From the NCBI GenBank assembly GCA_018714165.1, contig DVNU01000089.1:832-64831 (forward strand): a stretch of DNA of 64,000 nt, written 5' to 3'. Of the stretch, positions 25,423 to 34,162 are shown in pieces. Under the pieces are notes generated by a model. The model ran no database searches. It was not told the DNA's origin and was given only the letters and a program-made list of their open reading frames with translations. Numbering within the stretch: the first letter of the stretch is position 1; the number at the start of each line of letters is the position of its first letter. Origin of the DNA: Candidatus Coproplasma excrementipullorum. Lineage in GTDB: Bacteria; Bacillota; Clostridia; Christensenellales; Borkfalkiaceae. Position numbers and translations under genes: made by a program.

Positions 25423-27053
25423 TCCTGGCGGGCAACCCCAACGCCGGCAAGACGACGCTCTTCAACCGTCTCACACACAGCCGCCTGCGCACGGGCAATT
25501 TTCACGGCGTAACCACAACTTCGTTCACAAAGAGCGTGGGGGAGGTGTCCTTCACCGACAGCCCCGGCCTGTACTCCTTCGATGCATACACGATGGAGGA
25601 GGACGAGGCGGCGCACAGCATACGCGCGGCCGACGCCATTGTCAACGTGGTGGACAGTTTAACGCTTGTAAACTCGCTCAGACTCACCCAAAAACTCATC
25701 GCCCTGAACAAAAACGTCGTCGTCTACCTCACCAAGACGAGGCAGCTGGTCGCGCGCGGCGGCTTTGTAAAGGCGGAGGAGCTCGAAAAACTTCTTGGCG
25801 TTCCCGTGTACGACTGCACCGCCGCACAGCTCAAAAAACTGGCCCTGTCGGGCAGGCTTCTCCGCCCCGCCGCGCGCGGCCAATCATCATTGACTGCGGC
25901 ATATTCCGCGGGCAATTGCGCAATATGCCCCTTTGAAAGGCCCTTCTACAACAAGTTTTTTGCGCCGCTGATATTTTTCGCGGCAATGGTTTTAACCTTC
26001 TTTCTCACATTCTACCCCTCAATGCCCGGTGCGTTGCTGAAGGAGTGGATGGAGGAGTTGATCTGCAACCGCTTTGCCTCCTTTCTGTCGGCAAGGATGA
26101 CCAACGGGGCCTTTGCATCATTCTTCTGCGAGGGGGTAATAGGCGGCGCGGGCGGGGTACTGGCCTTCGCGCCCCAGCTGGCCATACTCTATCTGGCGCT
26201 CATTGCGCTCGATGAGAGCGGCGCAATGAGCGCGCTATGCTTCGTCACAGACGGCGTGTTTGAAAAGCTCAACCTCTCCGGCCGCGCGGCCTTTTCGCTC
26301 ATATCCGGCCTGGGCTGTACCGCCGCCGCAATATCCACTACGCGCGGCTTTTCGGGGCGCTCCGCGCGCTCGCGCACCATCGCCGTTTTGCCGTATATTC
26401 CCTGCGGCGCCAAACTGCCCGTGTTTTTAACCTTTCTCTCGCCCGTATTTGCCGACCCGTTCCCCGCCGTCTGTGTGTTGTACTTTTCTGGCATAGCGTT
26501 GGCGATTGGGCTGTCGCTGGCGCAGAGAGGGGATGCGGAGGGGCTTATAACCGAAATTACGCCAATAGCCCTGCCCGACCTTTCCACCGTAAAAAACAAG
26601 TTGTTTTTTCAGCTGAGATCGTTTATAATAAAGGTAACAACCATTGTCGCGGTGTTCTGTATGTTCAGCTGGCTGTTCTCGCACATCGGCACGGACTTAA
26701 AGCTGTGCGGCGTGGAAAACAGCATACTTTCGCACATCTGCCGTGCAATTTTGCCACTCTTCAGGCCTATGGGTGTGGATGACTGGCGGCTGGCATACGC
26801 CTTTTTAACGGGCTTCGCCGCCAAGGAGAACGTTGCGGCATCCATATCTATGCTGATGGGTACGGCCACTCTGCCCCTGCCCGCGGCCCTGGCCTGCTGT
26901 ACCTTCATACTCGCCTGCCCCGCCTGCATATCGGCATTCGCCTCGTCGTGCAGGGAGATAGGCTGGCGGCGCACCCTGCTCTACAACGCCCTCCAGCTGG
27001 CCATCGCCTTCCCGGCGGCGTATATAGTTTTCTTTATCTCTTCACTGCTATGA
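25413..27053 (+). CDS. feoB: Ferrous iron transporter B
   Basis: N-terminal G domain with GNPNAGKTTLFN and DSPG, followed by a polytopic membrane domain. Confidence 0.85.
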   Translation: MHIVLAGNPNAGKTTLFNRLTHSRLRTGNFHGVTTTSFTKSVGEVSFTDSPGLYSFDAYTMEEDEAAHSIRAADAIVNVVDSLTLVNSLRLTQKLIALNKNVVVYLTKTRQLVARGGFVKAEELEKLLGVPVYDCTAAQLKKLALSGRLLRPAARGQSSLTAAYSAGNCAICPFERPFYNKFFAPLIFFAAMVLTFFLTFYPSMPGALLKEWMEELICNRFASFLSARMTNGAFASFFCEGVIGGAGGVLAFAPQLAILYLALIALDESGAMSALCFVTDGVFEKLNLSGRAAFSLISGLGCTAAAISTTRGFSGRSARSRTIAVLPYIPCGAKLPVFLTFLSPVFADPFPAVCVLYFSGIALAIGLSLAQRGDAEGLITEITPIALPDLSTVKNKLFFQLRSFIIKVTTIVAVFCMFSWLFSHIGTDLKLCGVENSILSHICRAILPLFRPMGVDDWRLAYAFLTGFAAKENVAASISMLMGTATLPLPAALACCTFILACPACISAFASSCREIGWRRTLLYNALQLAIAFPAAYIVFFISSLL

Positions 27054-27877
27054 AAAAATTCACCGTAACAACTCCCGCCCGACTGCGCGACTTTACCGAC
27101 GCCGTCTATCCCCAGGGCAGTTTCTATTTTTCAGCCCTGCTCCGCGCGGGCGATATCCGCGTCAACGGCGTCAAAACGCGCTCGGATATGCCCTTGAAGG
27201 GCGGCGACGAAGTGGTCTACTACACGACGCCAAAAATGGAGTCGAAGCCCAGTCATTCGACCATATATGCGGGGCAACATATATACGTTGCCGATAAGTT
27301 CAGCGGCGTTTCAACCGAGGCGCTGGCCTGCGAGCTCGGCATGACGGCCGTTCACCGTCTGGACAGAAACACCTGCGGCGCGATAGTCTTTGCAAAGGAT
27401 GAAGATGCCGCCGAACAGCTGAAGGCGCTCTTTAAGGAGCGCGCCGTGCGCAAGGAGTATATCTGCATCTGTAAGGACAACTTCGCCCGTCCGTCGGGCG
27501 ACTTGCGCGCCTACCTTATCAAGGACGAAAAAAAGGGGCTTGTCACCATAACGGACAGCCCTTCAAAGGGCGGCGTGCCCATCCGCACAGAGTACGAGGT
27601 TGAGGAGAGGCAGGGCGGCCTTGCAAAGGTCAAAGTAATTCTGCACACGGGCAAGACGCACCAGATCCGCGCCCATATGGCGCACATCGGCTGTCCCGTA
27701 TTGGGAGACGAAAAGTACGGCGACGAGGCTCTCAACGCAAAATACGGCGTCAGAAGGCAGCTTCTGTGTTCGGCCCTGCTCGCCTTCGACCTCGACGGCC
27801 GAAGTTTTGCCTTTCACAGCTCCCTCATCCCCGACTTCCCCCAACCGCGCAGTCAGAATGGGTGTAAATTCAGTTAA
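27050..27877 (+). CDS. RluA family pseudouridine synthase
   Basis: ATGA overlap with feoB. Motifs HRLDRNTCGAIVFAK and GKTHQIRAH. Confidence 0.85.
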   Translation: MKKFTVTTPARLRDFTDAVYPQGSFYFSALLRAGDIRVNGVKTRSDMPLKGGDEVVYYTTPKMESKPSHSTIYAGQHIYVADKFSGVSTEALACELGMTAVHRLDRNTCGAIVFAKDEDAAEQLKALFKERAVRKEYICICKDNFARPSGDLRAYLIKDEKKGLVTITDSPSKGGVPIRTEYEVEERQGGLAKVKVILHTGKTHQIRAHMAHIGCPVLGDEKYGDEALNAKYGVRRQLLCSALLAFDLDGRSFAFHSSLIPDFPQPRSQNGCKFS

Positions 27878-27894
27878 AGTCAGTCAATAAAAAT

Positions 27895-27920
27895 GCGGCC
27901 GCGCCAGTTGGCGCGGCCGC
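27895..27920. terminator. Hairpin between the convergent rluA-family and citrate synthase genes
   Basis: Arms gcggccgcgcca / tggcgcggccgc. An A-run lies upstream and a T-rich stretch downstream. Confidence 0.65.
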
Positions 27921-27950
27921 TTCTGCTTTTGCTGATAGTTTTAAAAGTAA

Positions 27951-29324
27951 TTATTTTCTGTCCTCTAATTTCACATAGTCGCGTCTGTCCTGCACGCAGT
28001 GGTAGGCGGGGCGGATTATCTTGTTGCCGTTTACAAGCTCCTCAATGCGGTGTGCAGACCAACCCGGTATCCTCGCAATGGCAAAGAGGGGGGTAAACAA
28101 TGCGTCGGGGATGTTGAGCATCGAGTACACAAATCCCGAATAGAAGTCAACGTTGGGGGGGATGGGCTTGTCGGTGTTGCGCTGTTCCTGAATGAGTTCG
28201 GAGGCCACGCGTGCAACCGTGTTGTACAGCTCGAATTCGTCCTCGCGTCCCTTTTCGGCGGCCAGCTTGCCCGCATACAGCTTTAAAACTTCGGCCCTGG
28301 GGTCGGAGATGGTGTATACCGCGTGTCCCATTCCGTATACCAGGCCGCTCCTGTCAAAGGCCTTCTTATGCAAAATCTTGCTCACATAGTCGCGTATGGT
28401 GCTCTCCCTCCAGTCGGGCACGTTCTCCTTGATGTTAGAGAACATCTGCTTTACCTTTATGTTGGCGCCTCCGTGCTTGGGGCCTTTGAGCGAGCCTAAG
28501 GAGGCCACCGTCGAGGAATACGTGTCGGTGCCCGAAGAGGTGACTACGTGGGTGGTGAAGGTCGAGTTGTTGCCGCCGCCGTGGTCGGCGTGGAGGGTGA
28601 GGCAGATGTCTAAAACCTTTGCCTCCAGGTCGGTAAAGTTGTTGTCCTTGCGCAGAATATGTAACAGGTTCTGCGCCGTCGAATATTCGGCCAGGGGCTT
28701 GTGAATGATGAGCGAAGCGTCGCTCACATCGTAGTATTTGTACGCGCGGAAGGAGTACGCCGCCAGCATGGGGAACTGAGCGATCAGCTGAAGGCTCTGG
28801 CGGAGCACGTTGGATATCATTATGTTGTCGGGGTCGGGGTCATAGCTGTACAGCGACAGCACGCACCGCGCCAGCATATTCATAATGTCGCTGGAGGGGT
28901 TCTTCATTATGACGTCGCGCACGAAGTTGCGGGGCAGAACCCTGAATTCGGCCAGCATATCGCTGAATTCCTTCAGGTGGTACGAATCGGGCAGAGAGCC
29001 GAATAATAAAAGATAAATGGTCTCCTCAAAGCCGAACCTGTTTTCGCGCACGCAGTTGGATATAAGGTCTTTGATGTTGTAGCCGCGGTAACACAATATA
29101 CCGGGGATGGGCGTCTTTACGCCGTCAATTGTCTGCCAGCTGGTTACTTCCGAAATCTCTGTAAGGCCGCACAAAACGCCCTTGCCGTTCTTGTCCCTCA
29201 GGCCCCTCTTTACGTCGTACTTTTCGTATAGTTCGGGGGCAATCCTGTCCGCCTGCTCTATTTTTGCAAGCTCTGAAATAGTGTGTGAGTACTTTACGAT
29301 TAAATTTGCTGCATTAAAATCCAA
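27951..29324 (-). CDS. Citrate synthase
   Basis: Motifs GPKHGGAN, MGHAVY and VDFYSG. The start is TTG at 29324, after ggaagtga. Confidence 0.85.
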   Translation of the reverse strand: MDFNAANLIVKYSHTISELAKIEQADRIAPELYEKYDVKRGLRDKNGKGVLCGLTEISEVTSWQTIDGVKTPIPGILCYRGYNIKDLISNCVRENRFGFEETIYLLLFGSLPDSYHLKEFSDMLAEFRVLPRNFVRDVIMKNPSSDIMNMLARCVLSLYSYDPDPDNIMISNVLRQSLQLIAQFPMLAAYSFRAYKYYDVSDASLIIHKPLAEYSTAQNLLHILRKDNNFTDLEAKVLDICLTLHADHGGGNNSTFTTHVVTSSGTDTYSSTVASLGSLKGPKHGGANIKVKQMFSNIKENVPDWRESTIRDYVSKILHKKAFDRSGLVYGMGHAVYTISDPRAEVLKLYAGKLAAEKGREDEFELYNTVARVASELIQEQRNTDKPIPPNVDFYSGFVYSMLNIPDALFTPLFAIARIPGWSAHRIEELVNGNKIIRPAYHCVQDRRDYVKLEDRK

Positions 29325-29511
29325 AACATATCACTTCCAAAATTTATTTTTTACCTGCGCTTTGCAGTAGTTATGTAAAGATTGTGTAAAATTATATCAT
29401 GTTTTGCCACGCTTGTCAAATGAATTATTTTTCACACAGTCGACCATACGAGCGCTTAAGGCGCATATTTAAACATTTTTGCGCATAAAAATTAAAATTG
29501 ACGCTTTTTTG

Positions 29512-29540
29512 TTGAAAGGGCGGAAAAGTTGTGCTAAAAT
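29512..29540 (+). promoter_or_regulatory. Sigma-A promoter with an extended -10, upstream of the STAS-sigma operon
   Basis: TTGAAA, 17-nt spacer ending in TGTGC, TAAAAT. Confidence 0.6.
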
Positions 29541-29620
29541 AGTTTTGCGAGCCGCTGAATACGTTTATATATAATATAGACAATACAAAGAGCGGCTAAT
29601 TTCAAACGGGAGTATAATTT

Positions 29621-29932
29621 ATGCAGCATCAGATAAAGGTAGTTTCCCATTCGGACGGGGTTATGGTCGTTGAACTCAGCGGCGAAATCGACGCCTCCGT
29701 TTACGAGGAGTTCGACTCCGTCATCTTCAACAGTTACAATGCGGATAAGTGCGACGTCGTTTTGGACTGTAAAAACCTTGCCTTTATAGACAGCACCATT
29801 TTAGGCGCCATAGTCAGGGTTTTCAAACAGCTCAAATCGGACGGCAAAAAACTGACGGTAAAGAATTTAAGCCCGCGCATCAGAAAACTTTTCGAAATCT
29901 GTGCGCTCGATAAACTTTTGGAGTTGGAGTGA
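29621..29932 (+). CDS. STAS-domain anti-sigma-factor antagonist
   Basis: 103 aa. SpoIIAA/RsbV-like, with a conserved serine context LAFIDSTILG. Confidence 0.8.
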   Translation: MQHQIKVVSHSDGVMVVELSGEIDASVYEEFDSVIFNSYNADKCDVVLDCKNLAFIDSTILGAIVRVFKQLKSDGKKLTVKNLSPRIRKLFEICALDKLLELE

Positions 29933-30282
29933 TGAAAGATTTTAAAATAAGCTTCTCGCTTGCAGACAGCAGATATTTCACGGCCGTGCGTCTCGCCGTA
30001 GGCGGCGTGTGCGCGGCGGCCGATCTGGATATCGATATTACCGAAGATTTTAAAGTCAGCGTCACGGAGAGCTGTCTGATACTCAAAAACTGCGGCTTTT
30101 ACGGCGCGCAGATAACCATTCGTACAGAGGGCGGCGTCAGCGCCGAAATCTGCGGCACGGACGCGGGTACGCTCACCCGGGGCGAGAACGAATTTTCGCT
30201 CGCGCTCATCTCGGCGCTGGTCTCTTCCTGCAATATCGAAAAGACGGGTGAAGCCATTAAAAAAGTAGTGTTAAAGGTATGA
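29929..30282 (+). CDS. SpoIIAB-like protein with degenerate ATP-binding boxes (putative pseudokinase anti-sigma factor)
   Basis: 117 aa. The N-terminal half aligns by eye to the SpoIIAB N-terminus (ISFSLADSRYFTAVRLAV...VSVTESCLILKN). The N-box Asn/His and the G boxes are not conserved. Confidence 0.45.
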   Translation: MMKDFKISFSLADSRYFTAVRLAVGGVCAAADLDIDITEDFKVSVTESCLILKNCGFYGAQITIRTEGGVSAEICGTDAGTLTRGENEFSLALISALVSSCNIEKTGEAIKKVVLKV

Positions 30283-31007
30283 TGTCCAACGAAAAAGCCA
30301 ACGAGCTCTTTCGCGAATATCGCCGCACGGGCGATATAAAAATACGCAACGAGCTGGTAGAAAACTATATGTACGTCGCCCAGATACTTGCAAAAAAGTT
30401 TGCGGGCAGGGGCGTTGAGTACGACGACCTTTTACAGGTCGCCTCCGAAGCGCTGATAACGGGCGTCGAAAAGTTCGATCCCGACCTCGGCAATCAGTTT
30501 ACTACGTACATAACTCCCACAATAACGGGCATAATCCGCAACTACTTCCGCGATTATTCCCGTTCCGTCCGTCTGCCCAGAAAGATTTACGCGCTCTCAG
30601 CCAGGGTAAAGGCGGCCATAAACGATTACTATACCCAAAACGGCGTAAAGCCGACGGTCAAACAGCTTTCCGAAATCCTCGGCGAGGACGAGGAGGCAAT
30701 TATCGAGGCGATGGAGAGCAAAGCTCCCGTGTCGCTCGACGCGCCCGTCAAGGGCGGCGACGGCGAACTGCCGCTGTACGAGGTTATATCCGACGATTCT
30801 TCGTCGTTTGAAAAATTCGAGGACGCCGACGCCCTCCGCACCGAAATCAAAAAACTTGACCCCACAGAGCAGAAGGTTATTTCCCTGCGCTTTGTCCAGG
30901 GTAAGTCCCAGGCGGAGACGGGCAAAATTTTAGGCGTCAGCCAGATGTTTGTCTCGCGCGCGGAGCGCAAGATTATAGGCAAGTTAAAGGAAGCACTTAC
31001 AAAATGA
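30279..31007 (+). CDS. SigB/SigF/SigG-subfamily sigma-70 factor
   Basis: Region 2 (DDLLQVASEALITGVEKFD, FTTYITPTITGIIRNYFRD). Regions 3 and 4 (SQAETGKILGVSQMFVSRAERKII). Confidence 0.85.
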   Translation: MMSNEKANELFREYRRTGDIKIRNELVENYMYVAQILAKKFAGRGVEYDDLLQVASEALITGVEKFDPDLGNQFTTYITPTITGIIRNYFRDYSRSVRLPRKIYALSARVKAAINDYYTQNGVKPTVKQLSEILGEDEEAIIEAMESKAPVSLDAPVKGGDGELPLYEVISDDSSSFEKFEDADALRTEIKKLDPTEQKVISLRFVQGKSQAETGKILGVSQMFVSRAERKIIGKLKEALTK

Positions 31008-31378
31008 TGACCTTTAAAGTGGACAACTTAAAGGATATGCACAGCTCTCTGCAGGAATTTGTGGCATACCTGCGCGGCTATGGCATAACCGAGGATGACG
31101 CATTTTTCAGCCGTCTCGTCGGGTGCGAACTCGTCACCAACGTAATACGCCACTGCGGCGCGATGGCGAGCTTTTGCGGCGGCGTGGAGGGCGACGCGAT
31201 AGTCATAACCGTGTCGTCGGACGCGGCCAAGTCGTTCAGGCTGTGCCCCGATATGCCCGATGTCCTCGCCGAGAGCGGCAGGGGGCTATACATAGTAAAC
31301 GCTGTCTGCCGGGGCGATATCTCCTTCGGCGACGACGGCGTAACCGCAAAAATCAAGATTAACGCAAACCGCGTTTAA
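31004..31378 (+). CDS. Small HATPase_c-type anti-sigma factor / serine kinase-like protein
   Basis: 124 aa. N-box ELVTNVIRH and G2-like ESGRGLYIV. ATGA overlap with the sigma gene. Confidence 0.6.
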   Translation: MMTFKVDNLKDMHSSLQEFVAYLRGYGITEDDAFFSRLVGCELVTNVIRHCGAMASFCGGVEGDAIVITVSSDAAKSFRLCPDMPDVLAESGRGLYIVNAVCRGDISFGDDGVTAKIKINANRV

Positions 31379-31400
31379 AGCGTCATTAATATAGTGCCAT

Positions 31401-31430
31401 ATTAATATATGAATAATTAATATATGAATA
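31401..31430. repeat. Perfect 15-bp tandem duplication ATTAATATATGAATA x2
   Basis: Read directly. It abuts the 5' arm of the terminator at 31431. Confidence 0.9.
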
Positions 31431-31468
31431 GTAACGGCGCCGCCCTCATCGGGCGGCGCCGTTACTTT
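31431..31468 (+). terminator. Terminator of the STAS-sigma operon
   Basis: 15-bp perfect stem gtaacggcgccgccc / gggcggcgccgttac, loop tcatc, then a short T-run. Confidence 0.8.
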
Positions 31469-31470
31469 AA

Positions 31471-31498
31471 TGAATAGATAATAGAGAATAGTGAATAG
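31471..31498. repeat. Four tandem heptads: TGAATAG ATAATAG AGAATAG TGAATAG
   Basis: Read directly. It sits immediately 3' of the terminator. Confidence 0.85.
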
Positions 31499-31691
31499 TT
31501 GTTGCGGGAGAGTATGTATAGCTGGCCGCAAGACGGGCCCGGAAGTATTATCGGGCGCGTTTGCGGAGCACGGCTACACCGACACGGTGGAAGAGGAGGA
31601 GAAACGAAGCAAAGTTGCAAATCATATTTTTATGATTTGCTTAAGGCGCAGTTTGCTCCGACGAGATTGTGGAGCCTGACAGCAGAGGCAC

Positions 31692-31733
31692 TCTGTAAAA
31701 ACGCCGTCGGCAATTTTCCTTGCCGACGGCGTT
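31692..31733 (-). terminator. Terminator of the minus-strand membrane protein gene
   Basis: 14-bp stem aacgccgtcggcaa / ttgccgacggcgtt, followed by a T-run on the minus strand. Confidence 0.8.
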
Positions 31734-31750
31734 CATTTATTTGTTCCGGA

Positions 31751-33409
31751 TTACTTGGAATTGAGATGCTTGTAGATCTTGCGAAGCAGACCGCTGGTGA
31801 GCATTGCACGGAATCTGCCGAGGTTGATGAAGATTGCAGGGAAGAAGTCGTCGTTGCTTCCGCCAACCTCATATTCGGGCATATTCGAGGGCAGGGTACC
31901 CTTGGTCTTGTCTATGAATACCTTGCTGAATTCAATCTTTTCCTCCGTGGTGAGGGTGTCGAGGAATTCATCCGTAGGGCCGTTGTAAACAACGGGTCTG
32001 GGCGTGTATACATAGGGTTCAGCCTGTGCAGGCTCTTCGTTTACGGTTTCAACAGTGTCGTAAGCGGGAAGAGTGCTGATTGCAAGCTGTTCATCGGCCA
32101 CAGGCTGGGCAACGGCAGTCGTTTCGGTAGTGGTCTCAGTCTGAGCTTCGGTGAATACGGGATAGGGCTGAACGGGAGCTTCGTCGCCGATAAGATCGGT
32201 CTGCTCTTCGTCCTGCGTGGTGATGCCGTCATCTACAAACTGAATGTTGGACTGCTTATGCTCAGAAGCCGCTCTCTTCTGTGCAGGTACGCGTACAAGC
32301 CTGATGATGTCGATTACAAGGTTGATGAGCACGAACAGCGTTGCGAAGCAACCGCATACGCCGATGCCTACGGACTTGTCTACGATGAGGCAAATCTCGA
32401 GCACGAGGAGCACTGCAAGAGCGAGTGCATACCTTACGATTCCGAAGATCTTGCCGCCCTTGTGGGGAAGAATGGCGCCGTCCTTGCCGTACTTGTTGCC
32501 GGAGATGAGGCCGACAAAATCAATGAGGAGGTTGAGTGCAAGCAGGGCGAACGTTGCAAGCACGCATACGTTAATAATATTTAAGGTGATGGCGTTGTCT
32601 GCATTCCAGATGACGTTTTCGCCGCGGAGCATGCCGCCGACGAGAGCCTTCATGGCGGTGAGACCGGAAATAGCCACGCCGCCTTCAACATACAGGCTGT
32701 CGTTTAACTTGAGTGCGTCCTGAGCGGAAGTCCAGATGTTTTCAATGCCCATCTTTTCAAGCACGAGCACGATGAAATTGTCGACTGCGAACATGGCGAA
32801 GAGGAAAGCTGCAGCCGAGAAGAGGAAGAGGAACATCTTTGCGACGCCGTACGACTTCTTTTCGATAATGCTCTGTACGAAAATTACCACTAAAATGGCT
32901 GCGAACACGCAGACGAGGTTGAGATAACCTTCGGCAGTCGTGCTGAGGTTGGTCTCCCATGCGGACATCAGGAAGAGTATCGCAAGTGCGAAGATTGCGG
33001 CGCCTTCGATGATATATGCGCATACGGTGCCGGTTCTGTCCTTTTTGCCTGCAATCACGGGGATAAGGAAGATGAGCGCAAGCACGGTTATGACGAGGAG
33101 CACGATTATCATCAGCGCGGGGATGTGAAGATCCGTGCCGGGGATGATCTGCGACTCGAATGTCATAAATTCGGGAAGCTCATGTCCGCCCGCAACCGAT
33201 GCAGGGATGAGATCCTTGCCGAGGAAGGGGTAGAGGAAAGCGTTGATGATAGCGGGTACGTACCAGAACATCATCATGTCGCCGAGCTCGGTGCCCTGTC
33301 CGTAGCCGAAGCCGGGAACAAACCAGGCGGCAACGAGCAACACTACTGCGATGATGTAGGTTACGACTACAGCGGTCTTGATAGACTTCTTTGTGTTAAC
33401 AGTTGTCAT
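31751..33409 (-). CDS. Hypothetical polytopic membrane protein with a C-terminal soluble region
   Basis: The start is taken at MTTVNTKK, after a ggaga RBS. About 12 hydrophobic helices, then an acidic Thr/Glu-rich linker and a ~90-aa C-terminal domain. Confidence 0.65.
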   Translation of the reverse strand: MTTVNTKKSIKTAVVVTYIIAVVLLVAAWFVPGFGYGQGTELGDMMMFWYVPAIINAFLYPFLGKDLIPASVAGGHELPEFMTFESQIIPGTDLHIPALMIIVLLVITVLALIFLIPVIAGKKDRTGTVCAYIIEGAAIFALAILFLMSAWETNLSTTAEGYLNLVCVFAAILVVIFVQSIIEKKSYGVAKMFLFLFSAAAFLFAMFAVDNFIVLVLEKMGIENIWTSAQDALKLNDSLYVEGGVAISGLTAMKALVGGMLRGENVIWNADNAITLNIINVCVLATFALLALNLLIDFVGLISGNKYGKDGAILPHKGGKIFGIVRYALALAVLLVLEICLIVDKSVGIGVCGCFATLFVLINLVIDIIRLVRVPAQKRAASEHKQSNIQFVDDGITTQDEEQTDLIGDEAPVQPYPVFTEAQTETTTETTAVAQPVADEQLAISTLPAYDTVETVNEEPAQAEPYVYTPRPVVYNGPTDEFLDTLTTEEKIEFSKVFIDKTKGTLPSNMPEYEVGGSNDDFFPAIFINLGRFRAMLTSGLLRKIYKHLNSK

Positions 33410-33726
33410 AGTAATTCTCCGTAACAGTTTTTTAAAGTTGAGCGCCCCGTCCGCGTTCGCCGCGCGGCGTGTGCGCAAGCCTACAATTTGGTAACAGAGG
33501 AAGAATTAAAAATACTTCTACTTCAATTATTTTAATACAAATTTCGCTATATGTCAAGGTCAATACAAAAATTTTGTTGATATTACACACTTTTTTTTGT
33601 AAAAATTTTGCACACGCGCCCGCACGGGCGCAAAGACGGGGCCGCAAGGCGGCTGCGCCTTCCTTTTGCGGCTTGTCCCGTCTCCTTTGCGTCACAGCAA
33701 TTTCATCCGACTGTTACAAAAAAATA

Positions 33727-33755
33727 TTGAAAATTTATTATTCTTATAGTATAAT
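33727..33755 (+). promoter_or_regulatory. Sigma-A promoter of the HTH-S41 peptidase operon
   Basis: TTGAAA, 17-nt spacer, TATAAT. Confidence 0.6.
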
Positions 33756-33834
33756 ATTATTGTGCACGGACAAAAATTTATTATCGGTAAAAAAATTCAT
33801 AATCCGCGCCACAATTAAAAGGCAGGTGTTTAAA

Positions 33835-34155
33835 ATGCCCTTCTCTGTCAAAAGCGGGCTTTCGCTCTCGTCGCTGGCCGAAGCGCTTGGCAAATCCAGG
33901 CGCGAAAAACTGCTTGAAGGCTACGATCTGAAAAATTTTGTAAAAGTGTTTGAGGACAGGGAGCTCATGTCCACGCTCAACAGTCTTTTCGAAAACGATC
34001 TTAACGTGTCAAAGACGGCCCGCGCCCTCTTCATGCACCGCAACACTCTCATCTACAGACTCAACAAGGTGCGCTCGGTAACGGGGCTCGATCCCTGTTC
34101 ATTCGGCGACGCCGTCACACTTCTGATATTGCTCGCGCTCTATCGCGCAAAGTAG
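33835..34155 (+). CDS. Small PucR-type helix-turn-helix protein
   Basis: 106 aa. The C-terminal sequence NVSKTARALFMHRNTLIYRLNKVRSVTGLD matches the PucR C-terminal HTH pattern. Confidence 0.65.
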   Translation: MPFSVKSGLSLSSLAEALGKSRREKLLEGYDLKNFVKVFEDRELMSTLNSLFENDLNVSKTARALFMHRNTLIYRLNKVRSVTGLDPCSFGDAVTLLILLALYRAK

Positions 34156-34162
34156 GTTCAAA

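Noticed and set aside
29621-31007. The STAS-X-sigma cluster considered as the canonical spoIIAA-spoIIAB-sigF sporulation operon.
   Set aside because: The second gene lacks the HATPase N-box and G-box residues and is ~30 aa too short. An extra HATPase-like gene follows the sigma gene. The sigma is equally SigB-like by eye. I kept it as a non-canonical partner-switching module pending phylogeny.
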